Of a stretch of DNA of 64,000 bases, positions 46,701 through 57,099 are shown in pieces. Each line of letters opens with the position of its first letter. Positions within the stretch are counted from its first letter, which is position 1. Under the pieces are notes generated by a model. It was not told the DNA's origin and searched no databases. It was given only the letters and a program-made list of their open reading frames with translations. This stretch comes from Felis catus. Taxonomy: Eukaryota. A program made the translations under genes and the position numbers. The DNA lies in contig NC_058382.1 in the NCBI RefSeq assembly GCF_018350175.1, positions 15,438,001 to 15,502,000 on the forward strand, written 5' to 3'.

Positions 46701-48803
46701 GCCAAGAGATAGAATCCTGATGACATACCCTGGGGGCCCCTGGATCTAGCCACGCCGGAAGTTGGACTCTAGTCTTTTCACTTGTTTAAGTCTACAAATT
46801 CTTTATGCCTAGACGATTTTTGGCTTGGGCTTCTGTCCTTTGAAGCCACACACGTCATGAAAGATACGTAACACACCCAAGTCCCACCCCTATAGATGCA
46901 TGAACCCATTCCCACTCACAGGGACGACCTCCAGCCTGGGACCCCTCCTGAAGGCGCCTGGTGAGGGATGAGCGCGAGAGGTTGGAATTCTCACAGATGC
47001 CAGGGTATGGACTGGTCCCTTGGGCCGCCAGAGGCCCCAGCCCTTACCTGTGATGGTCCCAAAGTGGACGTAGCCTTCCCGCTTGCCAGTGGTGAGGGCC
47101 ATGACGTACTCTGAGCCATTGCTATGGGCATATACAGGGCACAGCTTCTTGATGCACTCGTTGGCCAACACACGAACCCAGCTCCCTGTGTGGGGCCAGC
47201 ACGGAACCTCAGACACATGTCTATAGACCTGGGACCTGACCCTCATCCATATTTCCACGGCCTTAATGGCTATTCCGTGCGGGGTCTGAGGGGCCCCCTG
47301 GCATAGGGCCCAGTACCTTTGAGTAAATCCCTCTTGCTCATACTCTGTCCTCGATGTATAGATTAGTCTAACCCCGCCCTCGTATTCCCCTGGCCAGAGC
47401 AGCGGGTTCAACTGAGCATGTGACCATGCCGGACAAATCAGAGACAGTCCTGGCTCGCAACCACTAACAAAGAGATGCTCTTTCCTGGAGCCCCTGAAAG
47501 GATAGAAGGCCACAGTTGTTAGGTGGAGGGGGGCAATCACCAAGGCTATCACAAGGAGGGGCCTGTTTAAGCTACAGTGAGCACCTAGATCCAATTGTAC
47601 CTGAAATCAAGTGCACCTATCTNNNNNNNNNNNNNNNNNNNNNNNNNNNNNNNNNNNNNNNNNNNNNNNNNNNNNNNNNNNNNNNNNNNNNNNNNNNNNN
47701 NNNNNNNNNNNNNNNNNNNNNNNNNNNNNNNNNNNNNNNNNNNNNNNNNNNNNNNNNNNNNNNNNNNNNNNNNNNNNNNNNNNNNNNNNNNNNNNNNNNN
47801 NNNNNNNNNNNNNNNNNNNNNNNNNNNNNNNNNNNNNNNNNNNNNNNNNNNNNNNNNNNNNNNNNNNNNNNNNNNNNNNNNNNNNNNNNNNNNNNNNNNN
47901 NNNNNNNNNNNNNNNNNNNNNNNNNNNNNNNNNNNNNNNNNNNNNNNNNNNNNNNNNNNNNNNNNNNCACCAGGGAGCACAACACAGGGCTTGAACTCAC
48001 AAGTGTGAGATCAAGACCTGAGCTGAGATCAAGTCAGACATATAACGGACTGAACCACCCAGGAGCCCCAGCACCCCTTTCTTTGACTTAAGTCCATTTT
48101 AATTTGGTTCGTCCTACTGTCAATGTCCTAAGTGAGAGAGGGAGAAAAATGAAGCTGTTGGGAACGGGCCTTAACTAATGAAATGCAGGCTATAATACGA
48201 GTTTCTGTAACCCTATAAAATGACATCCCTCACTTAGGGGGGAAAGCTGAGAAGAACTAGAAGGGTTTGGGTATCATTTAAAAGATAAGGCTGTGCTCGG
48301 ATTCTGTGTCCCCCTCTCTCTCTGCCCCCCCCCCCCCCGCTCACACTCTGTCTCTCTTCTCTCTCTCAAAAATAAATCAACGTTAAAAATAAATAAATAA
48401 AAGATAAGGCTGAATCAAAAGTCTCTCTTTTTCCTCGTGATCAGTCTCCTTCAGGCTTTTCCTCTGCAATTGCCTGTCCTACTTTCTCTCTGCCTTTCTG
48501 ACCCTCCCGGCCTCTCTCCCATCCCCCAAATTTCTTTTAACCTTTTAAGTTTATTTATTTATTTTGAGAGAGAGACAAAGAGAGAGCACAAGCGGGGTAA
48601 GGGCAGAGAGAGAGGGAGACAGAGGACCTCAAGTGGACTCTGTGCTGACAGCAGAGAGCCCAACGAGGGACTCGAACTCATGAACCGTGAGATAATGACC
48701 TGAGCTGAAGTGAGACATTTAATTGACTGAGCCACCCAGGTACCTCCCCAACTTCTCTTTTGCTATGCATCTCTCTTGGCATGTCTTTCTCTGCCTTTCT
48801 GAC

Positions 48804-48852
<49 letters not shown>

Positions 48853-50741
48853 ACGCACATGTCTCTCTCTCTCTCTCTCTCTCTCTGCTCCCTTCTTTCC
48901 CTCTCACACCTCCCTCTACCCTCTGCTCGCTCACAGGTCCAGAGGAAAGCCTCACACCAGCATATAGAGGGTAGGAAAAAGCCATATAGGGTGGGTGGTG
49001 ACCATTAAGGACCTTGGAAAGTCCTTCCAACGCCCCCCTCCCCACCCACGCAATTCCAGTCCCGGGGGCATCCAGTGGATGGGTTCCCTGAGGCGCCCCC
49101 CCCCGGGACTCCCACAGGCAGGACCCCTTTCCTGAGATGCCAGGGACCCCCTCACCACTGCCTTGGTTGCTCTCGTGGAGGGTGACATAGGTGCCCGTAA
49201 AGTAGTAGACGAGCTGGTTCTGCCGAATGAAGAGAGTGCTCTCGGTGGCAATGGCGTCATAGATGGTGGCGGTGAAACTGGCCTGAGGGCAGTAGAAGGA
49301 GCCTACCCAGCAACTGTCAATGTTCAACTGTGGGGGAGCGGAGTCAGAGTCAGCGGTGAGCAGGCCTGCCTCGGCCCCCCACCCCCCCACGGCCTGCCTT
49401 CAGGGGACACAGCTGCTCTGAAAACTGCCTGGGATGGACAGACACCTGCCCCCAGGGCTCCCTCCCTGCTCGCCGTCAAGTAGTACCTTGTGGCCGCGCT
49501 TCCCTGACAAGGGGAAGGAAAGCAGGTGACCCAGGTCAGAGCCAATTGGGACTCTGTGTCTCTCCCCAGAGTTTGGCAGTGCACAACATACTCAACGGTG
49601 CAAAACAACCTCAGTCCCCCAGGTCACAGTCGGGGTTGCACCTATGTGGATCCCAAAGATCGCATGCTTGGCTCGGGGCACATGTGAAACAACCCTATTT
49701 TACCTTGAACACGGCTGGCTGTCGGGCTGACGCTGTCTGAGCTCACTGACCAATCGCTAGCACTGGCGATGCTCACTAACGGTGGGGAAGCACCACCAGT
49801 GGAGCGTTGTTGCCTAAAAGGCTGAACTAAAATCCATCACGCTTCTAGAGCCCCACACCAGTTTCCGGGCAGAAACTATATGGGGCGTTATGGACCGAAT
49901 TGCGTCCCCACTCCCAATTTCTAACCCCGCCATGAAGGAGATAGTTAAGGTTCCCTGAGGTCACGAGGATGGGCTCCTAATCCTCTGGGACTGGTCTCCT
50001 CATGAGAAGAGGGAGAGACACCAGAGATCTGTCTGGTTGCTCTCGTGCGCACAGAGAGAAGGCCATGTAAGCACTTGCTGCCAGCCGGGGACTTGATCTT
50101 GGACTTCCAAGCCTCGGAAACGGTGAGAATGCAAGTTCTTGTTTAAGCCCCACGGTCTGCAGTGTTGTTATTTACGGCAGCCTGAGCCACACAGGGGCCA
50201 GAGGAGCAAGTGCATCCACTCCATGACGAAGCCAGCGGCCAGATCCCATAGGGTGAAAGCCCTGGTGCTTTCACTGCTTGAAAAGAAGGCGGTCGACGAG
50301 GGGGAGCGGGTGGAGCGGGATGCAGGCGTACAGGTGAGAAGAGTACAAGAGCCTTAGCCAAATGCAGTGCGTTGGTTCAAACACTTGCTTCAAACAAACC
50401 AACAACACACCGACAACACACCGACTCGCAAAAGACGTTTTTAGACGACACACAATGGCCAGACACATGAGAAGGTGCTCACCGTCGCTCGCCATCGGGA
50501 AAATGCCAATCAAAACCACAAGGGTGCGGCCGCTGTGGAAGACGGTACGGAGGGCCCCCCAAAAATGAAAAACAGAACTAGCCTATGATCCAGCAATTTC
50601 CCTACTGTTTACCCAGAGAAAATGAAACCACTAACTTGAAAAAATATATGCGCCCTATGTTTTATTGTAGCATTATTTACTATAGCCAAGATACGGAAGA
50701 AGTCTGGGTCCGTTCATAGATGAACAGATAAGGAAGACGTG

Positions 50742-50776
<35 letters not shown>

Positions 50777-53700
50777 CATATGTGCGTGAAATATCACGCG
50801 GCCATAAAAAGATGAGACCTTGCCACTTGTGACAACATAGATGGACATAGAGGGCATGATGCTTGGGTACGTGAGATCACTTGGCCCAGGGTCACACAGC
50901 CAGCGGGGAGCCGAGCCAGGATCTGGAGCCAGAGGGTCTGGCGGCAGAGGCTTGTGTCTTCCCTTCACGCTCTCTGCCTCTCGTGGGAGCTGCTATGGCT
51001 TCAGGGACTCTTTCCACAGCTCCGGGGCCCACTCTGGAAGGGCTGAGGCCCAGCGCCTTCCCTGCACCACTCACCTCCACGAGAAAGAAGTCCGTGAAGC
51101 TGGTGTCAGTCAGCAGGACGGACTTCTCATCGGGAATGCCACCCAGGATGAGCACGGGTGTCTGGCCCACGGTGTGCCACAGGGGCCTCGACGGGACATT
51201 GATGAAGTACCGGGGTATCAGATTGAAGATCTGCCGGGGGAGGGGGGCGGGGGGCGGGAGGGCTGCTCAACACTCCGCCTACCCTCCATGGCTCCATCTC
51301 ATTTAGGGTAAAAGCCAAAGCCCTCACCTGACCCATGAGGCCCCACACGAGTTGTCCCTGTCACCTCCCTGACGCCATCCACCACCGCTCTCCCCCTGGC
51401 TCGCTCTCTCCCAGCCACGTGGGCCTCCTCACTGCTTCTCAGGCTCCCCGGGCACATGCTCACCGCCGAGCCTTTGCACTGGCTGTTCCGTGTATATGAA
51501 ATGCTCTCCCCCAACTATCTACGTGCTTCCTTCCTCTCTTCCTCCGAGACTTTACTCAAATGTCCACCCCCTCAGTTGTGCCTTTCTTGACCATTCCATT
51601 AACCGTGCGATCCTTTCCTGCACAGACCTAATCCCCTTGCCTCTGAACGCTCTCCAGAGCACTTACCACCTTCTCATCTACTCTGGAATTTACTTGATTG
51701 CGTGTTTGCTATATGGTGTCTGTCTCTCCCCCTAGAATTTCAGCTCTATCTGGGTCTGTGTGTTCACCGAATGAACTGCTGAATGAATGAATGGATGGAT
51801 GCACCATGATCAAGACTCTGGATGCAGGAGGGGCGCCTGGGTAGTTCAGTTGGTTAAGAGTCAGACTTCTGCTCAGGTCATGATCTCCCAGCGTGTGAGT
51901 TCAAGCCGCGCATCCAACTCGCCGCTGACAGCTCAGAGCCTGGAGCCTGCTTCAGATTCTGTGCCTCCCTCTCTCTCTGCTTCCCCCCCCACCCCATTCA
52001 CACTCTGTCACTCTCAACAATAAACGTTAAAAAAAATAAAAATAAAAAGACTATGGGTGCAGGAGACAGGCAGACACAGTTTCAAGTCTCCTTCCATGTG
52101 CTGACAGACTGTGGGCAAATGGCTCCATCCCTTTGGGGGCCTCAGTTTTCTCCTCTTGAAAATGGGTTTGTGAGAGTACCTTCCCTCCCGGAGTCATTGC
52201 GAAGACCGAAGGTGATTGTTTATTTAGTGGAGCACTCCACCTGGGGCCGGGCATAGAGTGAGCACTCTGTAAGTGGGGTCTCCCGCTTGTGTGGGAAATA
52301 ATTGGGGCCCCGGCCTACTGTCTTTAACCCACGTTTTCTACCACGTTTCTCTACCACCTGGGCCCCTCACCTCGTTTCCCACAGTGAATTGGAGCGTGTT
52401 ATCTTGCTGTTTCTGCAAGAAGCCGTTGATGTTCACGTGAAACCTGGCAGCAGGGGTGGGGCAGGGCACAGGTGAGGGTTCCAGTTTCAGGGGCTCACAA
52501 CCACCTCCCTACCCTGCTCCCTCCCTTTGGTCTCTTCCTGGCTTCTTCGGGGATCTGGAGATTAGGAGGACCCTCCCAGAGTCTACCCGCTGCCCTGGAC
52601 TCGGGAAAGGGCACCTTTTATTTTGAATGAAGGGCCCCAGGCCATTGCTGCTGACATCCACATACATGACCACACTGCCATTCTTGATGGGCATGGGCGT
52701 GTACCAGCTCATGGCACACACTTCCTCTGCGTTGCACCGCTCTGCTGGTAGGAAGTGGGCACTGAGGCTGCCGGGCCTCCCAGTGGCCCCCCACCAAGGC
52801 CGCAGACCACTGGGATCTCCCTGTAACTCCTCGTGTCCCTGCTCCAGGTCACAGACCCCACCGCGGCCCCCTAAAACCTCCATGCTCCCGCCAGGCCACG
52901 GGCCCCTCTGATGACATCAGCCTCCCTCTGAGGCCCCCAGCAAGCTCCCCACACCCTTGCCAGGCCACGGCCCCTCCGGGTGCCCTCCAGGCTCACCTTT
53001 GCTGCGAAAGGGGGCTCCCTCCATCTGGATCTGTAGCTGCTCTATCTTCCAGCGATGGAAGTTGACTGGGGACTGGAAGGTCACCAGCACCAAGGGCTTC
53101 AGCCCTGTCAGGTGGCCTTTGCGGACCTGGGCCTCGGAGGACTGAGGGCAAGGTGGCCCCGCAAATGTGTCTTTAAGAGAGGTTCTGGGTACCCCTGCCT
53201 TGAGCCCACCTTTAGCAGCCCATCTTCTCGGACTGGGTGGGAGAACAGTCTCCACCATGGGAAGGTCGGAGAACAAGGTGTAGGCCGTGTGCTGGGGAGG
53301 TGACAGACCAGGCTAGGAGACAGGCAGAGGGGCCAGGGGCCGTGAAGGGAGTCCGTAGGTGTTCCTGGAGTAGGTGAGGCCAGGGCCATCATCCTCAGAC
53401 AGGACATGGATGTAGGAAACACTCAGAGAATGGCGGCGTGGGATGTGCACAAATGAGAAAGTGGGAATGAGCCTCCCTCACTCCAGGGGTCCCAGTCCCA
53501 CCCTTGAGGCTTTAGCCCCCCTGTAGAAATCTGACTCTGCCATCCCCACCAGTCAGAGGATAGCCAGGTTTGGCGGCCGGGGCCTGTGGGTGAGGGGGGA
53601 TGGGGCAGTTACACAGAAAGGAACGGGGGGGGGGGGGGCGGGGGTTAGGAGGGGAAGGAGACAGTCAGGGCCAGCTCTTGGAAATGCCAGGACCCTTGCT

Positions 53701-56700
53701 GGGTGGAGAAAGGCAGTCAGGGCTTAGGGAGCAGAAGAAAGGACAGAAGGAGAAGGGTGTGCCAGGTGTGTGGAACAGCATGAACAAAGGCTTGGAGGCA
53801 GCCCCAAGAAAAAGGTGCATTCAAGACGCTGTGGGCAGGGGGTGGCCTATGAGACCAGGGAGAGAGACTTAATGGGTCCAGCCGCCTTTGCACAGCCCTT
53901 TATCCCGAGGAATGCCTCAGCCAGGCCCCTGTCAACCCTGCCAACGGTACCTGTCCCTGCCCTATCTCCGAGTTTTTCAACCACAGGGTAGCAGGTGCTG
54001 GTGAGGCAGGGATCTCCTGTCAGCAGTGACCCTGGTCCTGTCCACCCTCAACTCCTGCCTAGACCCTGAGTCAGCCTCCTCACTGTCTCCCTGCCCCTGC
54101 CCTGCCCACCCACCCCCACATAGCAGGAGGGAGCCTGGGAACGCTGGAGTCCCATCGGGCCCTCCTTTGCTCAGAACCTCCTCACGGGCTCCATCTCACT
54201 CAGAGTGGAAGCCGAGCCCTCCCTGTGATTCACGAGGCCCTCATCACCTCCCTGCCCCACCTCCTCCCACTGTCCCCTCACTCATGACTCCTCACACACA
54301 GCAGCCTCTGTCCTTCTTCGGGGCCCTCGCACTAGCCATTCTCCTGACCTGGGATATTTCCCCCAAGTCTCCGCATGGTCGTCCTTTTCATCACTCAGGT
54401 CTCTGTTCAAGCCTCTTCAGACGCCTTCTCCAACCACCCCGTAACACCCTCCTTTCTAACATAGGACATTTTATTTTCTTCTTCACCCTGATGACTCTCC
54501 AGAAATTATCTTATATATTTATTTGCCGATCGCTTCCCTGGTAGCCTGAATCCATAAGGAAAATCTAGCCATGTTGTTAATCATTATATCCCCCATGTTG
54601 TTTAAAAAAAAAAAAAAAAGAATCTGACTCGTTGAAGGTGTTGAATGGCCAGAGAAAAGTATTATTATCACACTTTTACAGATAAGGAGAGAAGATTCGT
54701 GGAGTAAAACTGTCTGCCCAGGGTCACACTCTACAAACTTGTTGCTAGCATTCACGGAGCCCTTTCTATGAACCAGGCACTGCGCTCAGTGGCTGTCACA
54801 TATTTAATGATTTTGTCGAGTGGGTATGATCGTTATTGCATCCTTGTTAAGGACGAGGAAACTTTGGTACAGAGAAGTAAGTAATTTGCCAGAGATCACA
54901 CAGTTATTAGGTCGCAGAGCTGGGATTTGAACACGGGCAGCCCAGCTCTGGAGCCCACAGTATTAACTATCATGCTACACTTCCTCCAAGGAAATGTTAA
55001 GTCAATGGCAGATTCAAACCCTGGCCTGCTGCCACCAAAACTTCGCTTCTAGGCCACAACCCTCCACTGTCCACAAAAAGCTTACTTGGGCCAAAACAAT
55101 CTTGGAAATGAACAACAAAGTTGGAGGACTCAAACCTCCTGATCTGAAAACTTACTACAAACCTACAGTAATCAAGACTATGTGATACTGGTATATGGAC
55201 AGGCATACAGAGCAATGGAACAGAATTATACCCAGAAGTAAACCTTTACAGTTATGGTCAAGTGACTTCTGACAAGGGTGCCAAGACAATTTATTTATAC
55301 ATATGGTAGTGGGATAACTGGATATTCATGCAAAAGTTGGAACCCCTACCTCACACCATACACAAAAAGTAACACAAAATGGGTCAGAGACTTAAATGTA
55401 AGAGCTAAAACTCTTAGAACACGCGAGTAAATCTTCATGACCTAGGCATAGCCTTAGACAGCACCAAAAGCACAAACAACAAAAGAAAATACTGATAAAT
55501 GGGACTTCATCAAGGTTAAAAACTTTGGTGCCATCTTATGGTATGTGAATTTTATCTCAATAAACATAAAACCTTTGTTCTTTAAAGGACACCATCAAGT
55601 AAGTGAAAAGGCAACCCACACAATGTGACAAAATGTTTACAAATCATACATCTGATAAGGAACTAGTATCCATAATACATAGAGAAAGTTTACGATGCGA
55701 CAATAAAAAGACAAATAACCCAGGTTGGCACCGAATTTGAATAGATATTTCTCCAAAGAAGATAGAGAAGTGGCCAGTGAGCATAGGAAAAGATGTTCAA
55801 CATCAGTAGTTGTGAGGGAAATGCAAATCAAAACCGCAATGAGATACCCCCTCACACCCACATCTTTTGGCTATAACCAAAAGATGAACAAGTGTTGGTG
55901 AAGATTTAGAGAGACTGGAACCCTCATACGTTGCTGATGGGAATGTAAAATGGTGCAGGGGCTTTGGAAAACAATCAGGCAGTTCCTCAGAAGTGAAACA
56001 GTTAACATTTGACCCAGCAAGAGAACTGAAAACATATGTCCACACAAAAACTTGTACCACACATCTTTATAACAGCATTATTCATAATTGCCAAAAAGAT
56101 AACTCAGATATCTATTGATTAATGGATAAACAAAATGTAGCACATCCTTACAATGAAATATTACTCAGCCATAGAAAGGAAATACTGATACATGCTACAG
56201 CATGGATGAGACTTGAAAACATGCGCGCGAAAGAAGCCAGATACAAAGGCTACCTATTGTACAACTCCGTTGACATTTAATGTCCAGAATAAGTAAATTC
56301 ATAGGAACAGAAAGATTAGTGGTCTCCAGAAGCTGGAGGAAAGGAGTACAGGGTTTCTTTTCAGGGTGATGAATGTGTTCTGGAATTAGATAATGGTAAC
56401 GGTTGCACAACTTTGTTAATATGCTAAAAACTACTAAATTGCACACTTTAACTGTTGAATTTGTGTGAGTTACATCTCGATTTTTTTAATGGCCAAAAAA
56501 CCAAGCTTACTTGAGCACCTACTATGTGTCTGGTGGGATACTGGGAATCTTCTTGAATCCTTAGGGTCCCCAGGGTCTGGTGGTGCCACCACTATTAAAA
56601 TGTTACAGATTGGGGAAACTGAGCCCACACAGAATGAGTTCACCTCTGCTGCACTCACCTCTCCACCGCAGGAGTAGTTGATCTTTAGGTAGTATGGGAA

Positions 56701-57054
56701 GCCCAGGTATTTCTGCAAGAAGAGGTTGGGCAAATGTCCAGAGCCCAGTGGGGTGCGGATCCATGACCTCTCCCATTCACCTGACCCCAGTCCCCTCACC
56801 TCGTTCTGGTCGGTGGGTGCATCCACCAGCAGGCTGAACACACTGTCCAGCGTCTCCAGGGGCTCTAGATCAAAAAAGCGGTCGCTCCTGCCTTCCTCGC
56901 CTACCGCCTCGAACTTGATCAGAACAACGTGCCAGATACACTCCTGGATATCCTCCTTCGCCCACAGCCTCCCCGGTGCCAATAGCACCGCCAGTAGTGC
57001 CCACATGGCCCGCAGGACTCGGAGTTTCGGCCACGCGGGGCCAGCAGGGTACAT
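32995..57054 (-). CDS. CATSPERG: Cation channel sperm-associated auxiliary subunit gamma; 28 coding exons, 3483 nt, 1160 aa
   Basis: Signal peptide ([16 protein letters not shown]), large ectodomain with motifs [44 protein letters not shown], single C-terminal TM; every intron GT-AG with consistent phase and no in-frame stop seen. Confidence 0.96.
33362..33461 (-). CDS. CATSPERG: CATSPERG coding exon 27
   Basis: [33 protein letters not shown]. Confidence 0.92.
33551..33643 (-). CDS. CATSPERG: CATSPERG coding exon 26
   Basis: [30 protein letters not shown]. Confidence 0.92.
34666..34755 (-). CDS. CATSPERG: CATSPERG coding exon 25
   Basis: [29 protein letters not shown]. Confidence 0.92.
35055..35150 (-). 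CDS. CATSPERG: CATSPERG coding exon 24
   Basis: [13 protein letters not shown]...IYRFNSPLD. Confidence 0.92.
35301..35364 (-). CDS. CATSPERG: CATSPERG coding exon 23
   Basis: [20 protein letters not shown]. Confidence 0.92.
35568..35724 (-). CDS. CATSPERG: CATSPERG coding exon 22
   Basis: [20 protein letters not shown]...PCFLFRD. Confidence 0.93.
35865..36075 (-). mobile_element. CanSINE
   Basis: Antisense SINE flanked by TGATCGTTATTATT duplication. Confidence 0.9.
36981..37719 (+). mobile_element. MLT1B/C-like LTR with a CanSINE inserted at ~37161
   Basis: TGAACTGTGTGTCCC...GGGTCTTTACAGGTGTAATCAAGTTAAAATGAGG...TTTGTTACGGCAGCCCCAGGAAACAAATACA. Confidence 0.75.
37995..38211 (-). mobile_element. 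CanSINE
   Basis: Flanked by GATTGAGCACCTATT duplication; internal 13-nt tandem duplication. Confidence 0.9.
38373..39290 (+). mobile_element. Three CanSINEs (heads at ~38373, 38848, 39054) amid an old L1 remnant
   Basis: SINE heads, (CT)n tracts and A tails. Confidence 0.8.
39672..40072. mobile_element. CanSINE (-) interrupted by a 5'-truncated CanSINE (+)
   Basis: 13-bp duplication AAGAGTTGGATGC at 39841-39853 and 40031-40043. Confidence 0.88.
40691..40747 (-). CDS. CATSPERG: CATSPERG coding exon 21
   Basis: [19 protein letters not shown]. Confidence 0.88.
40838..40918 (-). CDS. CATSPERG: CATSPERG coding exon 20
   Basis: [27 protein letters not shown]. Confidence 0.9.
41043..41164 (-). 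CDS. CATSPERG: CATSPERG coding exon 19
   Basis: [15 protein letters not shown]...INRNSVLFR. Confidence 0.9.
41281..41479 (-). CDS. CATSPERG: CATSPERG coding exon 18
   Basis: DYYFYLASN...[10 protein letters not shown]...FTPER. Confidence 0.9.
41562..41621 (-). CDS. CATSPERG: CATSPERG coding exon 17
   Basis: [20 protein letters not shown]. Confidence 0.9.
41922..42135 (-). CDS. CATSPERG: CATSPERG coding exon 16
   Basis: [19 protein letters not shown]...LHSEYHK. Confidence 0.92.
42883..42995 (-). CDS. CATSPERG: CATSPERG coding exon 15
   Basis: [15 protein letters not shown]...FFERQ. Confidence 0.92.
43089..43247 (-). CDS. CATSPERG: CATSPERG coding exon 14
   Basis: IWYLLEGSY...YEDTKLYQ. Confidence 0.92.
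43732..43772. repeat. (CA)n microsatellite
   Basis: Perfect run. Confidence 0.95.
44226..44337 (-). CDS. CATSPERG: CATSPERG coding exon 13
   Basis: [15 protein letters not shown]...VTETEE. Confidence 0.92.
44848..44977 (-). CDS. CATSPERG: CATSPERG coding exon 12
   Basis: [14 protein letters not shown]...IWGNFLLQ. Confidence 0.92.
45082..45132 (-). CDS. CATSPERG: CATSPERG coding exon 11
   Basis: [16 protein letters not shown]. Confidence 0.88.
45656..45775 (-). CDS. CATSPERG: CATSPERG coding exon 10
   Basis: [21 protein letters not shown]...FQVVSYDL. Confidence 0.9.
45973..46032 (-). CDS. CATSPERG: CATSPERG coding exon 9
   Basis: [19 protein letters not shown]. Confidence 0.88.
47048..47185 (-). 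CDS. CATSPERG: CATSPERG coding exon 8
   Basis: [16 protein letters not shown]...HFGTIT. Confidence 0.92.
48294..48412 (+). mobile_element. 5'-truncated CanSINE
   Basis: AAAAGATAAGGCTG duplication at 48280 and 48399, at a TT/AAAA target. Confidence 0.85.
48543..48748 (-). mobile_element. CanSINE
   Basis: Antisense SINE pattern. Confidence 0.85.
48807..48886. repeat. (TG)n followed by (CT)n microsatellite
   Basis: Compound dinucleotide runs. Confidence 0.92.
49156..49327 (-). CDS. CATSPERG: CATSPERG coding exon 7
   Basis: [14 protein letters not shown]...ESNQGS. Confidence 0.92.
49886..50190 (+). mobile_element. MLT1-like LTR
   Basis: GTTATGGACCGAATTGCGTCCCC...CTTGATCTTGGACTTCCA...TTGTTTAAGCCCCAC. 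Confidence 0.65.
50450..50870 (+). mobile_element. L1 3' fragment
   Basis: CAAAACCACAA; CCTATGATCCAGCAATT; TTTATTGTAGCATTATTTAC. Confidence 0.7.
51075..51230 (-). CDS. CATSPERG: CATSPERG coding exon 6
   Basis: [33 protein letters not shown]...FFLVE. Confidence 0.92.
51830..52050 (+). mobile_element. CanSINE
   Basis: GGGGCGCCTGGG head through A tail. Confidence 0.88.
52371..52443 (-). CDS. CATSPERG: CATSPERG coding exon 5
   Basis: [24 protein letters not shown]. Confidence 0.9.
52615..52741 (-). CDS. CATSPERG: CATSPERG coding exon 4
   Basis: [19 protein letters not shown]...FIQNK. Confidence 0.9.
52997..53141 (-). CDS. CATSPERG: CATSPERG coding exon 3
   Basis: [16 protein letters not shown]...APFRSK. 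Confidence 0.92.
55090..56490 (+). mobile_element. Old L1 (L1M-type) 3' fragment
   Basis: ORF2 C-terminal-like [19 protein letters not shown]; GACAAGGGTGCCAAG; GAAATGCAAATCAAAACC; 3' UTR ending TTGCACACTTTAA. Confidence 0.8.
56659..56712 (-). CDS. CATSPERG: CATSPERG coding exon 2
   Basis: [18 protein letters not shown]. Confidence 0.92.
56800..57054 (-). CDS. CATSPERG: CATSPERG coding exon 1 (exon begins at 57083)
   Basis: MYPAGPAWP...DAPTDQNE. Confidence 0.9.
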
Positions 57055-57099
57055 CGCGGGGCAGCGCGCAACGTGGCTCGAACCTGGAGAATGGGGGGG

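Noticed and set aside
46890-47594. 234-aa ORF extending CATSPERG coding exon 8 upstream
   Set aside because: Only 47048-47185 resembles CATSPERG; the upstream part looks like old MLT1-type LTR sequence that is open by chance
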